Of a stretch of 64,000 nt of DNA, positions 47,117 through 56,766 are shown piece by piece. The notes beneath the pieces were generated by a model that ran no database searches, had not been told where the DNA came from, and worked only from the letters and a program-made list of their open reading frames with translations. The stretch is taken from positions 1 to 64,000 of IMG/VR virus record IMGVR_UViG_3300043444_000257. The stretch is one strand, 5' to 3'. Within the stretch, counting starts at the first letter, position 1, and every line of letters starts with the position of its first letter. This DNA is from a virus. The position numbers and the translations under genes are program-made.

Positions 47117-47857
47117 ATGGCCTTGGTTTTTGCCGATAGAGTTAAAGTAAGAGCTCACACTACAGGGTTAGGTAGTTTTACCTTAGCCGACACAGTTCCG
47201 GGATTTCAAAGTTTTACAGCCGTAGGCAACGGCAACGAGACCTATTACGGTATCGTAGATCAAGTAGGAAACTGGGAAATCGGTCGTGGAACTTTTGTTG
47301 CACCTTCTACTTTAACCAGAGATACTGTGGTCAGCAGTTCAAATGCTGGCGCAAAAGTAAATTTCCCCGCAGGCGGAAAAAATGTATATTCAACATTCCC
47401 AGCAAGCATAGCACAGACTATTGTTACAGAATCAGTCGGTAGCTTTAGCTTTGTGGGCAGCACTATATCTACCACAGATAGCACTTCTATTTCTGTAGCA
47501 CAACCTACTAGATTTTTTGGCAACGTTCAAATAGATGGCGACTTGACGCTGGCGGGCGACGAATTAGTTTTTGCCAATAATGTAATATTTCAAAGTAGAA
47601 TCGAAGCAGATATGCAAGGTTCTGTGTTTGCCGACGACTCGTCAAAAATCATAGACGGAACGACTAGTGAAGTAGCAGCTACCGGTATCACTGCAACAAA
47701 ATTTATTAAATTTCCTATATACGCAGACACCGCAGCTAGAGATTCTGCATTACCAAACGGCACTGTAGAAGAAGGAATGGTAGTATACGTTTCAGATGTT
47801 AACAAATTACAGATTAACACAGATTCTACCACAGCAGGTTGGGCAAATCTCAACTAA
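47117..47857 (+). CDS. Tail fibre-related structural protein
   Basis: MALVFADRVK...T.G.G...L......F..F....NG..TYY.I......WEIGRG...LTR.TV.SSSN....VNF.AG.K.V is a common phage fibre N-terminal domain. Confidence 0.65.
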   Translation: MALVFADRVKVRAHTTGLGSFTLADTVPGFQSFTAVGNGNETYYGIVDQVGNWEIGRGTFVAPSTLTRDTVVSSSNAGAKVNFPAGGKNVYSTFPASIAQTIVTESVGSFSFVGSTISTTDSTSISVAQPTRFFGNVQIDGDLTLAGDELVFANNVIFQSRIEADMQGSVFADDSSKIIDGTTSEVAATGITATKFIKFPIYADTAARDSALPNGTVEEGMVVYVSDVNKLQINTDSTTAGWANLN

Positions 47858-47866
47858 GGAGCGACA

Positions 47867-49333
47867 ATGACAGGACCTTTTAGTATCGGAGTATTTGGAG
47901 AAGATCCTAGTAACTCTAATGAAGATAATTTTACCGCAGCTCTAGGTAGAATTAGTGGTAAAGCACTTAAAGACAATCTAAATAGAAATGGTTCTGATCT
48001 TACTTTTAGAAACAGGATAGGTGATCCTGATCTATTATATCTAGATGTTAACAATATGAGAGTGGGTGTTAATACAGACACTCCTGCTTATGATTTAGAC
48101 ATCAACTCTAATATCAATACTACCAACGGCTCTGTTACCGGCCAAGCGAATCTAGATAACGTTATAATCAATGCTGCTGGTTATTTTTCTACATCGGTGG
48201 GATCCTTGCATATACAACCAACCGGCGCAGGGACGATGATAGAACATGAAAGGATGACCACTGCTAATTTAGAATTTAACGACAATTTCGTTGGCAGTTT
48301 TTCAAACAGTAATATAGTATTAGATCCGAACGGTGCAGGAACTATTGAATTCCAAGCAACTACAAATATTTCTTTAGATCTTTCTGTTACGGGCAATATT
48401 CAAACAGCCGGCGATCTGAGCACCGCTAGTCAATTGATCATCGGTGACAGTCCATTAGACGTGGTAGTAATTGCACCAGATTTTACACAGAGCATTATTC
48501 CTGGAACATCTAGCACCTACGATTTAGGAACTCCACTGAAAAAGTGGAGTAGGGTTTATTCTCCAGATCTTACTAACGTAACTAGAGTAAGGCCCAATGC
48601 TGCTAATTATAGCGACCAAGTTAGAATAGACGGTGTTAATAAAACAATATTCGCTATGCAGAGCAACGACGATGTTCACTTAGATCCTTCAACCGGAATT
48701 ACTTACATTGAAGAATTAAAATTTCAAGGTAACGATATTACCAATAGTAGATCTGTTAGAGCATTAAGTGGATCTGCTATCGCAGCAGGATTACTGGCCG
48801 GAGATCCGTTTTGGGATACATCTGTTACAGGTAATGAATATTTTCTTGGTGGTGGCACTACATTGATAACTTCGCGAACTTCTAAGTTAGGAGATATTCG
48901 AAATGATTTGGATAACCCCGGAGTAATTAATGCTGACGATGCCAACTTAGTTTTATCCATCGATGCTAAAACCAGCGGAACATTAAATGAACAACTATGG
49001 TATCATGAAGTGATAAAACCAGCAGTGTTCGCCAACCCAACCGCAACTACAGCATATTCTAATGGTGTTTCATCGTCAAATCTACCAATGACTTTTATAT
49101 CGTCTGGAACTGGATATGTAAAATTTGATGGAACTAATGCTATGATTATTCCTGCAGGAACATCGGCAGAACGAACATATTCCGAAATAGGTGATACTCG
49201 TTGGAATACAGAACTTAACTATCTAGAATGCTATGACGGAGATAGATACATCATATCAACTGGTTCTGGCGAAGTTGTTAGCACCGACCTCATGACAGAC
49301 CTAGCTATTACTAGGGCTCTAATACTCACTTAA
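47867..49333 (+). CDS. Tail fibre-related structural protein; paralog of 49482..50534
   Basis: GRISG..LK.NL.R.G..L.F, LLYLDVNN.R.GVN, YDLG...K.W and IPAGT.AER...RWNT. Confidence 0.65.
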   Translation: MTGPFSIGVFGEDPSNSNEDNFTAALGRISGKALKDNLNRNGSDLTFRNRIGDPDLLYLDVNNMRVGVNTDTPAYDLDINSNINTTNGSVTGQANLDNVIINAAGYFSTSVGSLHIQPTGAGTMIEHERMTTANLEFNDNFVGSFSNSNIVLDPNGAGTIEFQATTNISLDLSVTGNIQTAGDLSTASQLIIGDSPLDVVVIAPDFTQSIIPGTSSTYDLGTPLKKWSRVYSPDLTNVTRVRPNAANYSDQVRIDGVNKTIFAMQSNDDVHLDPSTGITYIEELKFQGNDITNSRSVRALSGSAIAAGLLAGDPFWDTSVTGNEYFLGGGTTLITSRTSKLGDIRNDLDNPGVINADDANLVLSIDAKTSGTLNEQLWYHEVIKPAVFANPTATTAYSNGVSSSNLPMTFISSGTGYVKFDGTNAMIIPAGTSAERTYSEIGDTRWNTELNYLECYDGDRYIISTGSGEVVSTDLMTDLAITRALILT

Positions 49334-49346
49334 TTTCCAATCTGAC

Positions 49347-49481
49347 TAAATACACTTAATGCGACAAACAGGCCAAGTTTTCGCAAATTAAACTGTGGTA
49401 AACCAGCAAAGAGCCGTAAAAGCGGATGCGGAGCAATCCAAAATTGGTTAACCGTGTAACACGGGGTTATTAGGAGAGCAA
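49347..49481 (+). promoter_or_regulatory. Late promoter core plus long structured 5' leader (candidate cis-regulatory RNA)
   Basis: TAAATA 49347-49352, then about 120 nt containing five stems, ending at TAGGAG (49471-49476). Confidence 0.5.
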
Positions 49482-50534
49482 ATGGCTATTGGTCGTATTT
49501 CAGGGCCGCTCTTAAAGCAGAATCTCATCAGAGATGGTGTGAATCTAGCTTTTGAGACCGACCTTCTCTATCTTGATGTAAACAACTCTCGCATAGGCGT
49601 AAACAATGCCTCTCCAACGACAGCCCTCGATGTAGTCGGCACCACAAGATCGACAACACTAACAGTAGATAATCAACTTGACGTTGGTAATTTACACATC
49701 ACCGGTAATACCATCAGCAGTGATTTACAAACAATCACATTTCAACCTGCTGCCGGTAACCCAACAATTTATCATTCTAAATTACAAGTAGACGATCTGC
49801 AATTCAGCGGAAATACGATTTCTACTACAGTGTCTAATTCTAATTTAGAATTCCGTCCTAACGGCACAGGACAATTAACAGTAGTAGGAAATACAAATAT
49901 TACAGGAAACTTATACGTCTCTGGTAATATCCAAGCTACTGGTAATATCACAATCGGCGGTAACATCACGATAGGTGACGCACTAACTGATAGTATTACA
50001 ATTAATGCCAGCATACAAAGTAGCCTAATCCCTGAAGTAACAGATACTTGGGATCTAGGTTCTGCATCGTTTAGATGGAGAACAATGTATGTCGATGATA
50101 TGTATGCCGATACTCTAAATCTTCCAACATTGGACATTGGACAGTTAGAATTTAGAGACAACAGGATTACTACAAAGTCAGGACAAGATTTATACATCGA
50201 CGGCAACTCTGCTGGCGGAGTAAGATTAGGTAACTTTAAAATCGCAGATAACATCATCACTAACGTGGTAGTTAATGCTATAACACAGATTGTTCATACA
50301 GGTAACGGTTATTTTAAAATAGCAGGAACTAACGGATTTGTTCCGCCAATTGGTTCTGACGCACAGCGTCCTACCGCTTATGCTGTAACTGGTATGACAC
50401 GATACAACACAAATTCAAAAGCCTTGGAAATCTGGGACGGATTGGCCTGGGCAAGCCCTGCAGGTAGTTCGGGTGCTGTGTCTGAAACAGACGCTAACGA
50501 AATTGCAGCTATATACTCAATTATTCTAGGATGA
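49482..50534 (+). CDS. Tail fibre-related structural protein
   Basis: MAIGRISGPLLK.NL.RDG..LAFETDLLYLDV; G.I.I.G repeats; P.G..AQRP...RYNT. Confidence 0.65.
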   Translation: MAIGRISGPLLKQNLIRDGVNLAFETDLLYLDVNNSRIGVNNASPTTALDVVGTTRSTTLTVDNQLDVGNLHITGNTISSDLQTITFQPAAGNPTIYHSKLQVDDLQFSGNTISTTVSNSNLEFRPNGTGQLTVVGNTNITGNLYVSGNIQATGNITIGGNITIGDALTDSITINASIQSSLIPEVTDTWDLGSASFRWRTMYVDDMYADTLNLPTLDIGQLEFRDNRITTKSGQDLYIDGNSAGGVRLGNFKIADNIITNVVVNAITQIVHTGNGYFKIAGTNGFVPPIGSDAQRPTAYAVTGMTRYNTNSKALEIWDGLAWASPAGSSGAVSETDANEIAAIYSIILG

Positions 50535-50540
50535 TTAACT

Positions 50541-50873
50541 ATGCCAACCGTATTTAGAATGATTACAGCCACAGACGTGGGCACAACACCGATCGATGTT
50601 CTACAGATTGCCGAAGGTGTTAGAGCTACTGTGATTGGTTGTAATCTATCAAACACAACAACTTACGATACTGTAAACGTAAACGTTTACGTAGTTGATG
50701 AAAACTCGACAGCAGCTACATTTGTTAAAAATGTTATTATTCCGCCCAACACTGCGGTTAAATTAATCACAGGCGGAGAAAAATTAATTTTACCAGAAAC
50801 AGCAGGTCTTAGAGTAGAAAGCTCAATAGATAACAGCGTTGACGCTGTGGTCAGTTACGTTGAGATATCATAA
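50541..50873 (+). CDS. Small virion structural protein
   Basis: 110 aa; TVIGCNLSN...V.V......VKNV.IPP.......GGEKLIL; paralog of 46200..46577. Confidence 0.6.
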   Translation: MPTVFRMITATDVGTTPIDVLQIAEGVRATVIGCNLSNTTTYDTVNVNVYVVDENSTAATFVKNVIIPPNTAVKLITGGEKLILPETAGLRVESSIDNSVDAVVSYVEIS

Positions 50874-50883
50874 GGAGCGATAA

Positions 50884-51246
50884 ATGAGTTACTTTGGAAG
50901 AACCCCTGCAGACATATTAGGAAACAGTCCACAGTATTTCTATGCTCTGCGCAGAAACGAGGACGGCGAATTATATTTTATTCGCAGCGATCAGCTCACA
51001 GATAACGACACTGTGGTAATCAACAATCCAGGAGCATCAACTGACAACTTCGATGATTTTGAAGCAGGTGTTGATTATTTTGAAGGTATTGACGAGGATC
51101 ACAATATAGTTTTTCCTAACATGAAGTATCCTCAATATCGTTGGGATAATAGATCCATGCTGTATTATGTTGACGACGAAGGAAGATTGGTTCAACGAAT
51201 TAATAAAACATACGAATACCCAGCTGGGGTTTCATCAAACGGATAA
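50884..51246 (+). CDS. Hypothetical structural protein
   Basis: 120 aa with an AAGGAG ribosome-binding site, inside the fibre operon. Confidence 0.6.
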   Translation: MSYFGRTPADILGNSPQYFYALRRNEDGELYFIRSDQLTDNDTVVINNPGASTDNFDDFEAGVDYFEGIDEDHNIVFPNMKYPQYRWDNRSMLYYVDDEGRLVQRINKTYEYPAGVSSNG

Positions 51247-51258
51247 TGGAATTAAAAA

Positions 51259-54200
51259 ATGGCAGAGTTTAAGATTAATAAATTTGCTTACACTTGGAAA
51301 GGAAACTGGACAAGTGGCACAGCATATATCAAAGACGACATTGTAAGATACGGTGGCAAATCCTTCGTATGTATTAGACAACATACAGCAGATTCAGATT
51401 TTTATTCTGATCTTTATTATGTTTTTCCTGGCGATACTAGCCAAAGCCCAGCATGGGTAAAGATGACCGATGGTTTTTCTTACAGAGAAACGTGGACTGC
51501 TACAACAAAATATAATCTAGGTGACATCGTTCAATATGGTGGCCGCCTGTATTTGGTCATTGAAGACCACACATCTACAACAATATTTGACGACAATATC
51601 GGCAAACATTCTGTCTATGCAGAAGGTTCTTCTTGGAATAACAACTGGGCTCCGGCAACAAGATACGGTATTGGAGATCTTGTAAAATATAACGGTATAG
51701 TTTATCGATGCATAACAGGTCACACTTCTGCTACAACATCTTTAGGTTTAGAATCAGACCAAGCTAAATGGTCTACTTACTATGAAGGCATCGAATATAA
51801 AGGTGCTTATACATCAGGAACAAGATATAGATTAAACGATTTAGTTAAATTTGGCGGCAGCATCTTACGTTGCACCCAAGGCCATACTTCAACTTCTACA
51901 ATTGATAACGCATACTGGACCATAGATCTACCAGGAAATAATCCTGTAGGAGATTGGGTTGTTACTACACAGTATGCTATCGGTGATATCGTTAAACACG
52001 GCGGCTATATGTATGTCGCAAAAACTAATCACACTGGAATTAGTCCTGGAGACGAAGACCTTGGCTCAGCTAACTGGACAATAATCTCAAAAGGACAGAA
52101 CTTTAGAGGTGCTTGGGATGCAGAAGCAACTTATAAGACCGGTGATGTTGTTCAACGTGGCGGACAGGTATATGTTGCTACTCTTGACAGTTCTACTGAC
52201 GGCAGTTCGTTAGATTATCTAGAAGCAGGATCGTGGGAAGTTATAGTTCCTGGCGAAAACTGGAGAAATTACTGGTCTAGTAATGCAGAATATGCTGTAG
52301 GTGATGTAGTTATATTCGACGGCTCTTCATATAGATGTAGCTATGCTCACACTGCTGATAGTCAAAATTACCCAGGAGATAACGGGTCGGGTTTTGTTTA
52401 TTGGACATTGTTGCTGCAATCTGGACCAAACATTGGTCTAAGACAACGAGGCGATTTGTTAACATACGATCTTCAAAGAGGACTTGCTGGCGATACCAGC
52501 ACGTTTGGTCCGACAGCCGTTGAGATAGGAACAAAAACTCATTTGTTAACTATTAACGATGAAGACAGTTTATACTATAAAGCATTTAACGAATTAGCAA
52601 GAGCACTATATGTTGCACCAAATGGGTTTGACGAACCCGGCCGTGGACATAGTATCTTTAATCCTTTTAAAACTATTAGATATGCCTGTGAACGTGCTGA
52701 AGAATTAGGAGATTCAGTTGAAACTAACATTTATGTTAGAACTGGAAAATATCAAGAAATACTTCCTATCATAGTTCCTAGCAAAACAGCGTTACAGGGA
52801 GAAGAAGTCCGAGGAGTTATTGTTGAACCTAATGAACCAATAGCAGCATTAGCCAATGACGACACTTATACTTTAGATATACTTTCTAGAATGCGAGAAA
52901 TTTTGCCTGACATCATCAAAGGCGATTTAATTACTCCAGTAACTGGTAATAATATAGATCAAGTAGTGTTATCAGGTTTAAGTGATGATGCAACAGGAGT
53001 AACTCTTATTGGTTTAGTTGATGACGTCAGCGACTATATTAATTTTAAATTTAACAACGGACAGAGTAACCCGACAGTGACTGGTTCTAATGATCCATCA
53101 ACAGATTCGATGGTTATTAATGCTACGCTTCAATTAGAAGCAAATATTGAATTCTTGCAAGAAGAAGCAGTAGCATTTATGAATTATTATTATCCTAACT
53201 ATACATTTGATTCAAATCTTTGCAGAAGAGATATTGACAGATATATCAGGGCCTTCGTTTATGATTTAACGTATACAGGTAATTACAAATCGATCATGGC
53301 AGCAAGATATTATTGTAATGCTGTCACGGGTTCGAATCACGAAGACATGTTCTATGTTCGAAACGCAACTGGTATTCGAAACATGACTTTACAAGGCTTA
53401 GTCGGTGAATTAAGCGAAGAATTATATAATGGATTATATCGTAAGCCAACGGGTGGTTCTTATGTTTCGTTAGATCCAGGATGGGGACCGGCCGATGAAA
53501 GATGCTGGATCACTTCGAGATCTTGTTATGTTCAAAACGTAGCAACATTCGGTTACGGCGCTACTGGTCAAAAGATCGACGGCGCTTTACATAATGGCGG
53601 AAATAAATCTATTGTTTCCAACGACTTTACGCAAGTTATCAGTGACGGTATCGGTGCGTGGGTTCTCAACGACGGTAGAGCTGAACTTGTTTCGGTGTTT
53701 ACATATTATTCTCATGTAGGCTATTTGGCTGAGAATGGCGGTAAGATTCGTGCTACCAATGGTAATAACTCATACGGCGATTTTGGATCTTTAGCAGTTG
53801 GCAATGATCCGTTAGAAACTCCCAAGTATGGAAGTGTTAACAACAGAAACAATGAAGCTACAGTTATATCAGCATTCGCGGGTGAAGTCAACGATTTTAT
53901 CTTAACATTAGAATTTGAAAATGCAGGACAAAACTACACACAGGCCAGCTATAGCATCATTGGTTCGGGAGTAGGAGCCAGTGTAATTCAAGATGACTTT
54001 AGAGACAAGGCTGTATTTTATCCTAAACTGATAAACCCTCAAGACTCGTCCTTACCTGGCGGTTCTGGATACATTGTGGTTCAAAACAACGCTCAGAGCG
54101 GCGGCCCAACATCAATCACGATCGCTTCAAATGATTCTAACGAAGAATCCGCATACCTAGGTATGAGGATTGTTATTACATCGGGTGTTGGAACAGGACA

Positions 54201-56730
54201 ATACGGTATCATCACAGGTTATAATACATTAACTAAAGTAGTCACAGTTAAGAGAGAAAGCGACGGTGTCGCAGGATGGGATCATGTAGTTCCAGGATAT
54301 CCGATAGCACCGTTGTTGATTAACTCGACAACATATAGAATTGAAGCATTGGTAACATTTGCTGCGCCTCCTTATATCACACAGGCTATAACAATTCCGG
54401 TAAGCACATATTGGAGTAATATTGTGTATGGCGAAACTAGAGAATCCTACACAAATGTTCTAGGTTCAGCACCTTCTGGAACTACAATTGACATACCAGT
54501 ATCAGTGGCTGCATGGAACGTGGTTAAAAACGGAAGAACATATACAGTAACCATAGGAGGTTCTGCTGGAGCAGGTTATGCATTAGGACAAACTGTGATC
54601 TTAACAGGTGATGACCTAGGAGGTATTACTCCAGATAACGATATTACTATTACAATCACAGGAATATCTAACGATAGCACGAACTCAATCACAGCATATA
54701 CCTATGAAGGAATAGCAGCTAGTGGACGATTTGTAATGATTCCGTCAACCGGAACTAGCGGAATAGCATCAACGGATGGCATTAACTGGGTAAGCTCAAC
54801 CCTACCAGCTAGCCGAGCATGGAAAGGTTTAGCAGCAGGCGGCAACAGATTTGTTACAGTTGGTTATAACTCTGCATCGGTCGCACAATCCACAGATGGC
54901 AAAACATGGACTGAAAGATCTATAGCAAGTAGATTCTGGAATGCAGTAGCATACGGTGACGGTGTATTTGTCGCAGTAGCTGGCAATTTAAACAGCTCAG
55001 GAAGAAGCACAGACCTAGGAACATCGTGGACTGTGTCAAATAACTTACCAACTTTAGGCGATTCAACGATTAATGAATGGGTTGATGTCACCTACGGTAA
55101 AGGAATGTTCGTGGCTATTGCAAACAGCAATAACGTATATGCTATGAGTAACGACGGTGGAGCGACATGGACCGGCGGAATCATGGATGTGATCGATGAT
55201 TCTTCACAGAAAGATTGGATTAGCATAGCATATGGAAGAGATCGTTTTGTGGCTATAAGCAGCCAAGGTGATATTGCCTACAGTTTTGATACTGTTACAT
55301 GGTATCCTGCTTCTATGCCTACACAAGACGGCTCTACATCAATGAATTGGAAGAGCATCAAATACGGAAACGGAGTATTTTTAGCTGTTTGCGATACAGG
55401 CAGCAAAGATATTTTTGGCGATCCTACTTCCGGACCGACAAACTTTATAGCTACTTCCGAAGACGGTATTGTATGGACAGGTAGAGAAGTATCCAGCTTC
55501 CAAAATTGGATTGGAGCAGCCTACGGTAATCCAGATATTACCTATGACGATTCCACAGTTAGAGATGTTGGCAACAATACACCGACTTGGGTTCTAATAT
55601 CGGGTGATCAAAGTAACGTTATTGATGTGGTTAAAACTGGTGCTCGAGCCAAAGGTCGTGTAATACTAGCCAGCGGACGAGTTGGAGGAATTAAATTATG
55701 GGATCCGGGCTCCGGTTACGTCAGCGGTGGTCCTGAAGTTACGGTATACGATCCAAATAGAGCAGCTGAACCATTCTTTGATAATAGGATTGGTGATGGC
55801 GTTCTAGGTCAGCCGAGCTGGTTAAACAGAGGCAGTGCATATAAGACTTCAACAACTAGAGTTACTATATCAGGCGATGGATTTGCTGATGTTATTCCTG
55901 CTAATAGATACATAACTATCAGCGGTATGACACAATATCCAACCCCTGGTGCGCAGTTGAGATTTGACGGTAACCCAAATCTTTATACAGCAGTTATAGT
56001 AACTCCGATCACAGGAACTACATTCGATGGTCTAACAGCTAGATTCCAGATCCAACCGTATTTTGATGTGGACAACGGACCTGTGCATAATACCTTTGTT
56101 GAAATTAGAGAAAGATATTCACAATGTCGTATTACTGGACACGATTTCTTAGATATTGGAACAGGTAATTTCTTAGAAACTAACTACCCAGAATTATATT
56201 CTACAGGGGATTTCTTCAAAGCTCCTGAGAATGAAATTGCTGAGACAGATGGCGGTCGTGTATTCTATACATCAACTGACCAAGACGGTAACTTTAGAGC
56301 TGGTGAATTGTTCGCTGTTGAACAGGCAACTGGTATTGTAACAATCAGTGCTGATTATTTTGACTTAAACGGATTATCAGAACTGAGACTAGGTGGAGTT
56401 AGATTAGGCGGAACCGGCACAGTTATTAGAGAATTTTCAACAGATCCTCTATTCAGTGCTGATAGTAATAATGTAATTCCAACACAACGAGCTATCAAAG
56501 CATATTTGGCCAACAGATTAAGCGTTGGTGGTGCAGATATTGCTACAGCTAGCTTTATCGCTGGAACAGTTAAAGTAGGTCCTGGCGAAATTCGCAGCAC
56601 AATTAACGGCCATACAGTATTCCCACAAAGGATGGACTTCTATGGCCCAGACGCAACTGGTAGAAATGGTTCGGTCACTGGAACAATTTTAGCTCAAACG
56701 CTGTTCTATAGATCGTTTAAACACAGATAA
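51259..56730 (+). CDS. Large tail fibre/receptor-binding virion protein (1823 aa)
   Basis: N-terminal tandem CBM5/12-like repeats (W...Y..GD.V.YGG..Y.C...HTS), beta-helix entry motif (YVAPNG.D...G.S...PFKTI.YA) and Asp-box repeats (S.DG..W). Confidence 0.75.
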   Translation: MAEFKINKFAYTWKGNWTSGTAYIKDDIVRYGGKSFVCIRQHTADSDFYSDLYYVFPGDTSQSPAWVKMTDGFSYRETWTATTKYNLGDIVQYGGRLYLVIEDHTSTTIFDDNIGKHSVYAEGSSWNNNWAPATRYGIGDLVKYNGIVYRCITGHTSATTSLGLESDQAKWSTYYEGIEYKGAYTSGTRYRLNDLVKFGGSILRCTQGHTSTSTIDNAYWTIDLPGNNPVGDWVVTTQYAIGDIVKHGGYMYVAKTNHTGISPGDEDLGSANWTIISKGQNFRGAWDAEATYKTGDVVQRGGQVYVATLDSSTDGSSLDYLEAGSWEVIVPGENWRNYWSSNAEYAVGDVVIFDGSSYRCSYAHTADSQNYPGDNGSGFVYWTLLLQSGPNIGLRQRGDLLTYDLQRGLAGDTSTFGPTAVEIGTKTHLLTINDEDSLYYKAFNELARALYVAPNGFDEPGRGHSIFNPFKTIRYACERAEELGDSVETNIYVRTGKYQEILPIIVPSKTALQGEEVRGVIVEPNEPIAALANDDTYTLDILSRMREILPDIIKGDLITPVTGNNIDQVVLSGLSDDATGVTLIGLVDDVSDYINFKFNNGQSNPTVTGSNDPSTDSMVINATLQLEANIEFLQEEAVAFMNYYYPNYTFDSNLCRRDIDRYIRAFVYDLTYTGNYKSIMAARYYCNAVTGSNHEDMFYVRNATGIRNMTLQGLVGELSEELYNGLYRKPTGGSYVSLDPGWGPADERCWITSRSCYVQNVATFGYGATGQKIDGALHNGGNKSIVSNDFTQVISDGIGAWVLNDGRAELVSVFTYYSHVGYLAENGGKIRATNGNNSYGDFGSLAVGNDPLETPKYGSVNNRNNEATVISAFAGEVNDFILTLEFENAGQNYTQASYSIIGSGVGASVIQDDFRDKAVFYPKLINPQDSSLPGGSGYIVVQNNAQSGGPTSITIASNDSNEESAYLGMRIVITSGVGTGQYGIITGYNTLTKVVTVKRESDGVAGWDHVVPGYPIAPLLINSTTYRIEALVTFAAPPYITQAITIPVSTYWSNIVYGETRESYTNVLGSAPSGTTIDIPVSVAAWNVVKNGRTYTVTIGGSAGAGYALGQTVILTGDDLGGITPDNDITITITGISNDSTNSITAYTYEGIAASGRFVMIPSTGTSGIASTDGINWVSSTLPASRAWKGLAAGGNRFVTVGYNSASVAQSTDGKTWTERSIASRFWNAVAYGDGVFVAVAGNLNSSGRSTDLGTSWTVSNNLPTLGDSTINEWVDVTYGKGMFVAIANSNNVYAMSNDGGATWTGGIMDVIDDSSQKDWISIAYGRDRFVAISSQGDIAYSFDTVTWYPASMPTQDGSTSMNWKSIKYGNGVFLAVCDTGSKDIFGDPTSGPTNFIATSEDGIVWTGREVSSFQNWIGAAYGNPDITYDDSTVRDVGNNTPTWVLISGDQSNVIDVVKTGARAKGRVILASGRVGGIKLWDPGSGYVSGGPEVTVYDPNRAAEPFFDNRIGDGVLGQPSWLNRGSAYKTSTTRVTISGDGFADVIPANRYITISGMTQYPTPGAQLRFDGNPNLYTAVIVTPITGTTFDGLTARFQIQPYFDVDNGPVHNTFVEIRERYSQCRITGHDFLDIGTGNFLETNYPELYSTGDFFKAPENEIAETDGGRVFYTSTDQDGNFRAGELFAVEQATGIVTISADYFDLNGLSELRLGGVRLGGTGTVIREFSTDPLFSADSNNVIPTQRAIKAYLANRLSVGGADIATASFIAGTVKVGPGEIRSTINGHTVFPQRMDFYGPDATGRNGSVTGTILAQTLFYRSFKHR

Positions 56731-56738
56731 TAGTTAGT

Positions 56739-56746
56739 GATAAATA
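56739..56746 (+). promoter_or_regulatory. Late promoter core (GATAAATA)
   Basis: Followed by GGAG (56756-56759) and ATG 56767. Confidence 0.6.
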
Positions 56747-56766
56747 ATGTAACTTGGAGCATTTAA

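Noticed and set aside
49396-49470. c-di-GMP-I riboswitch resemblance (GGTAAACC, GCAAAG, CGGGGTTA)
   Set aside because: Spacing and P1 pairing do not fit the consensus; kept only as an unclassified structured leader.
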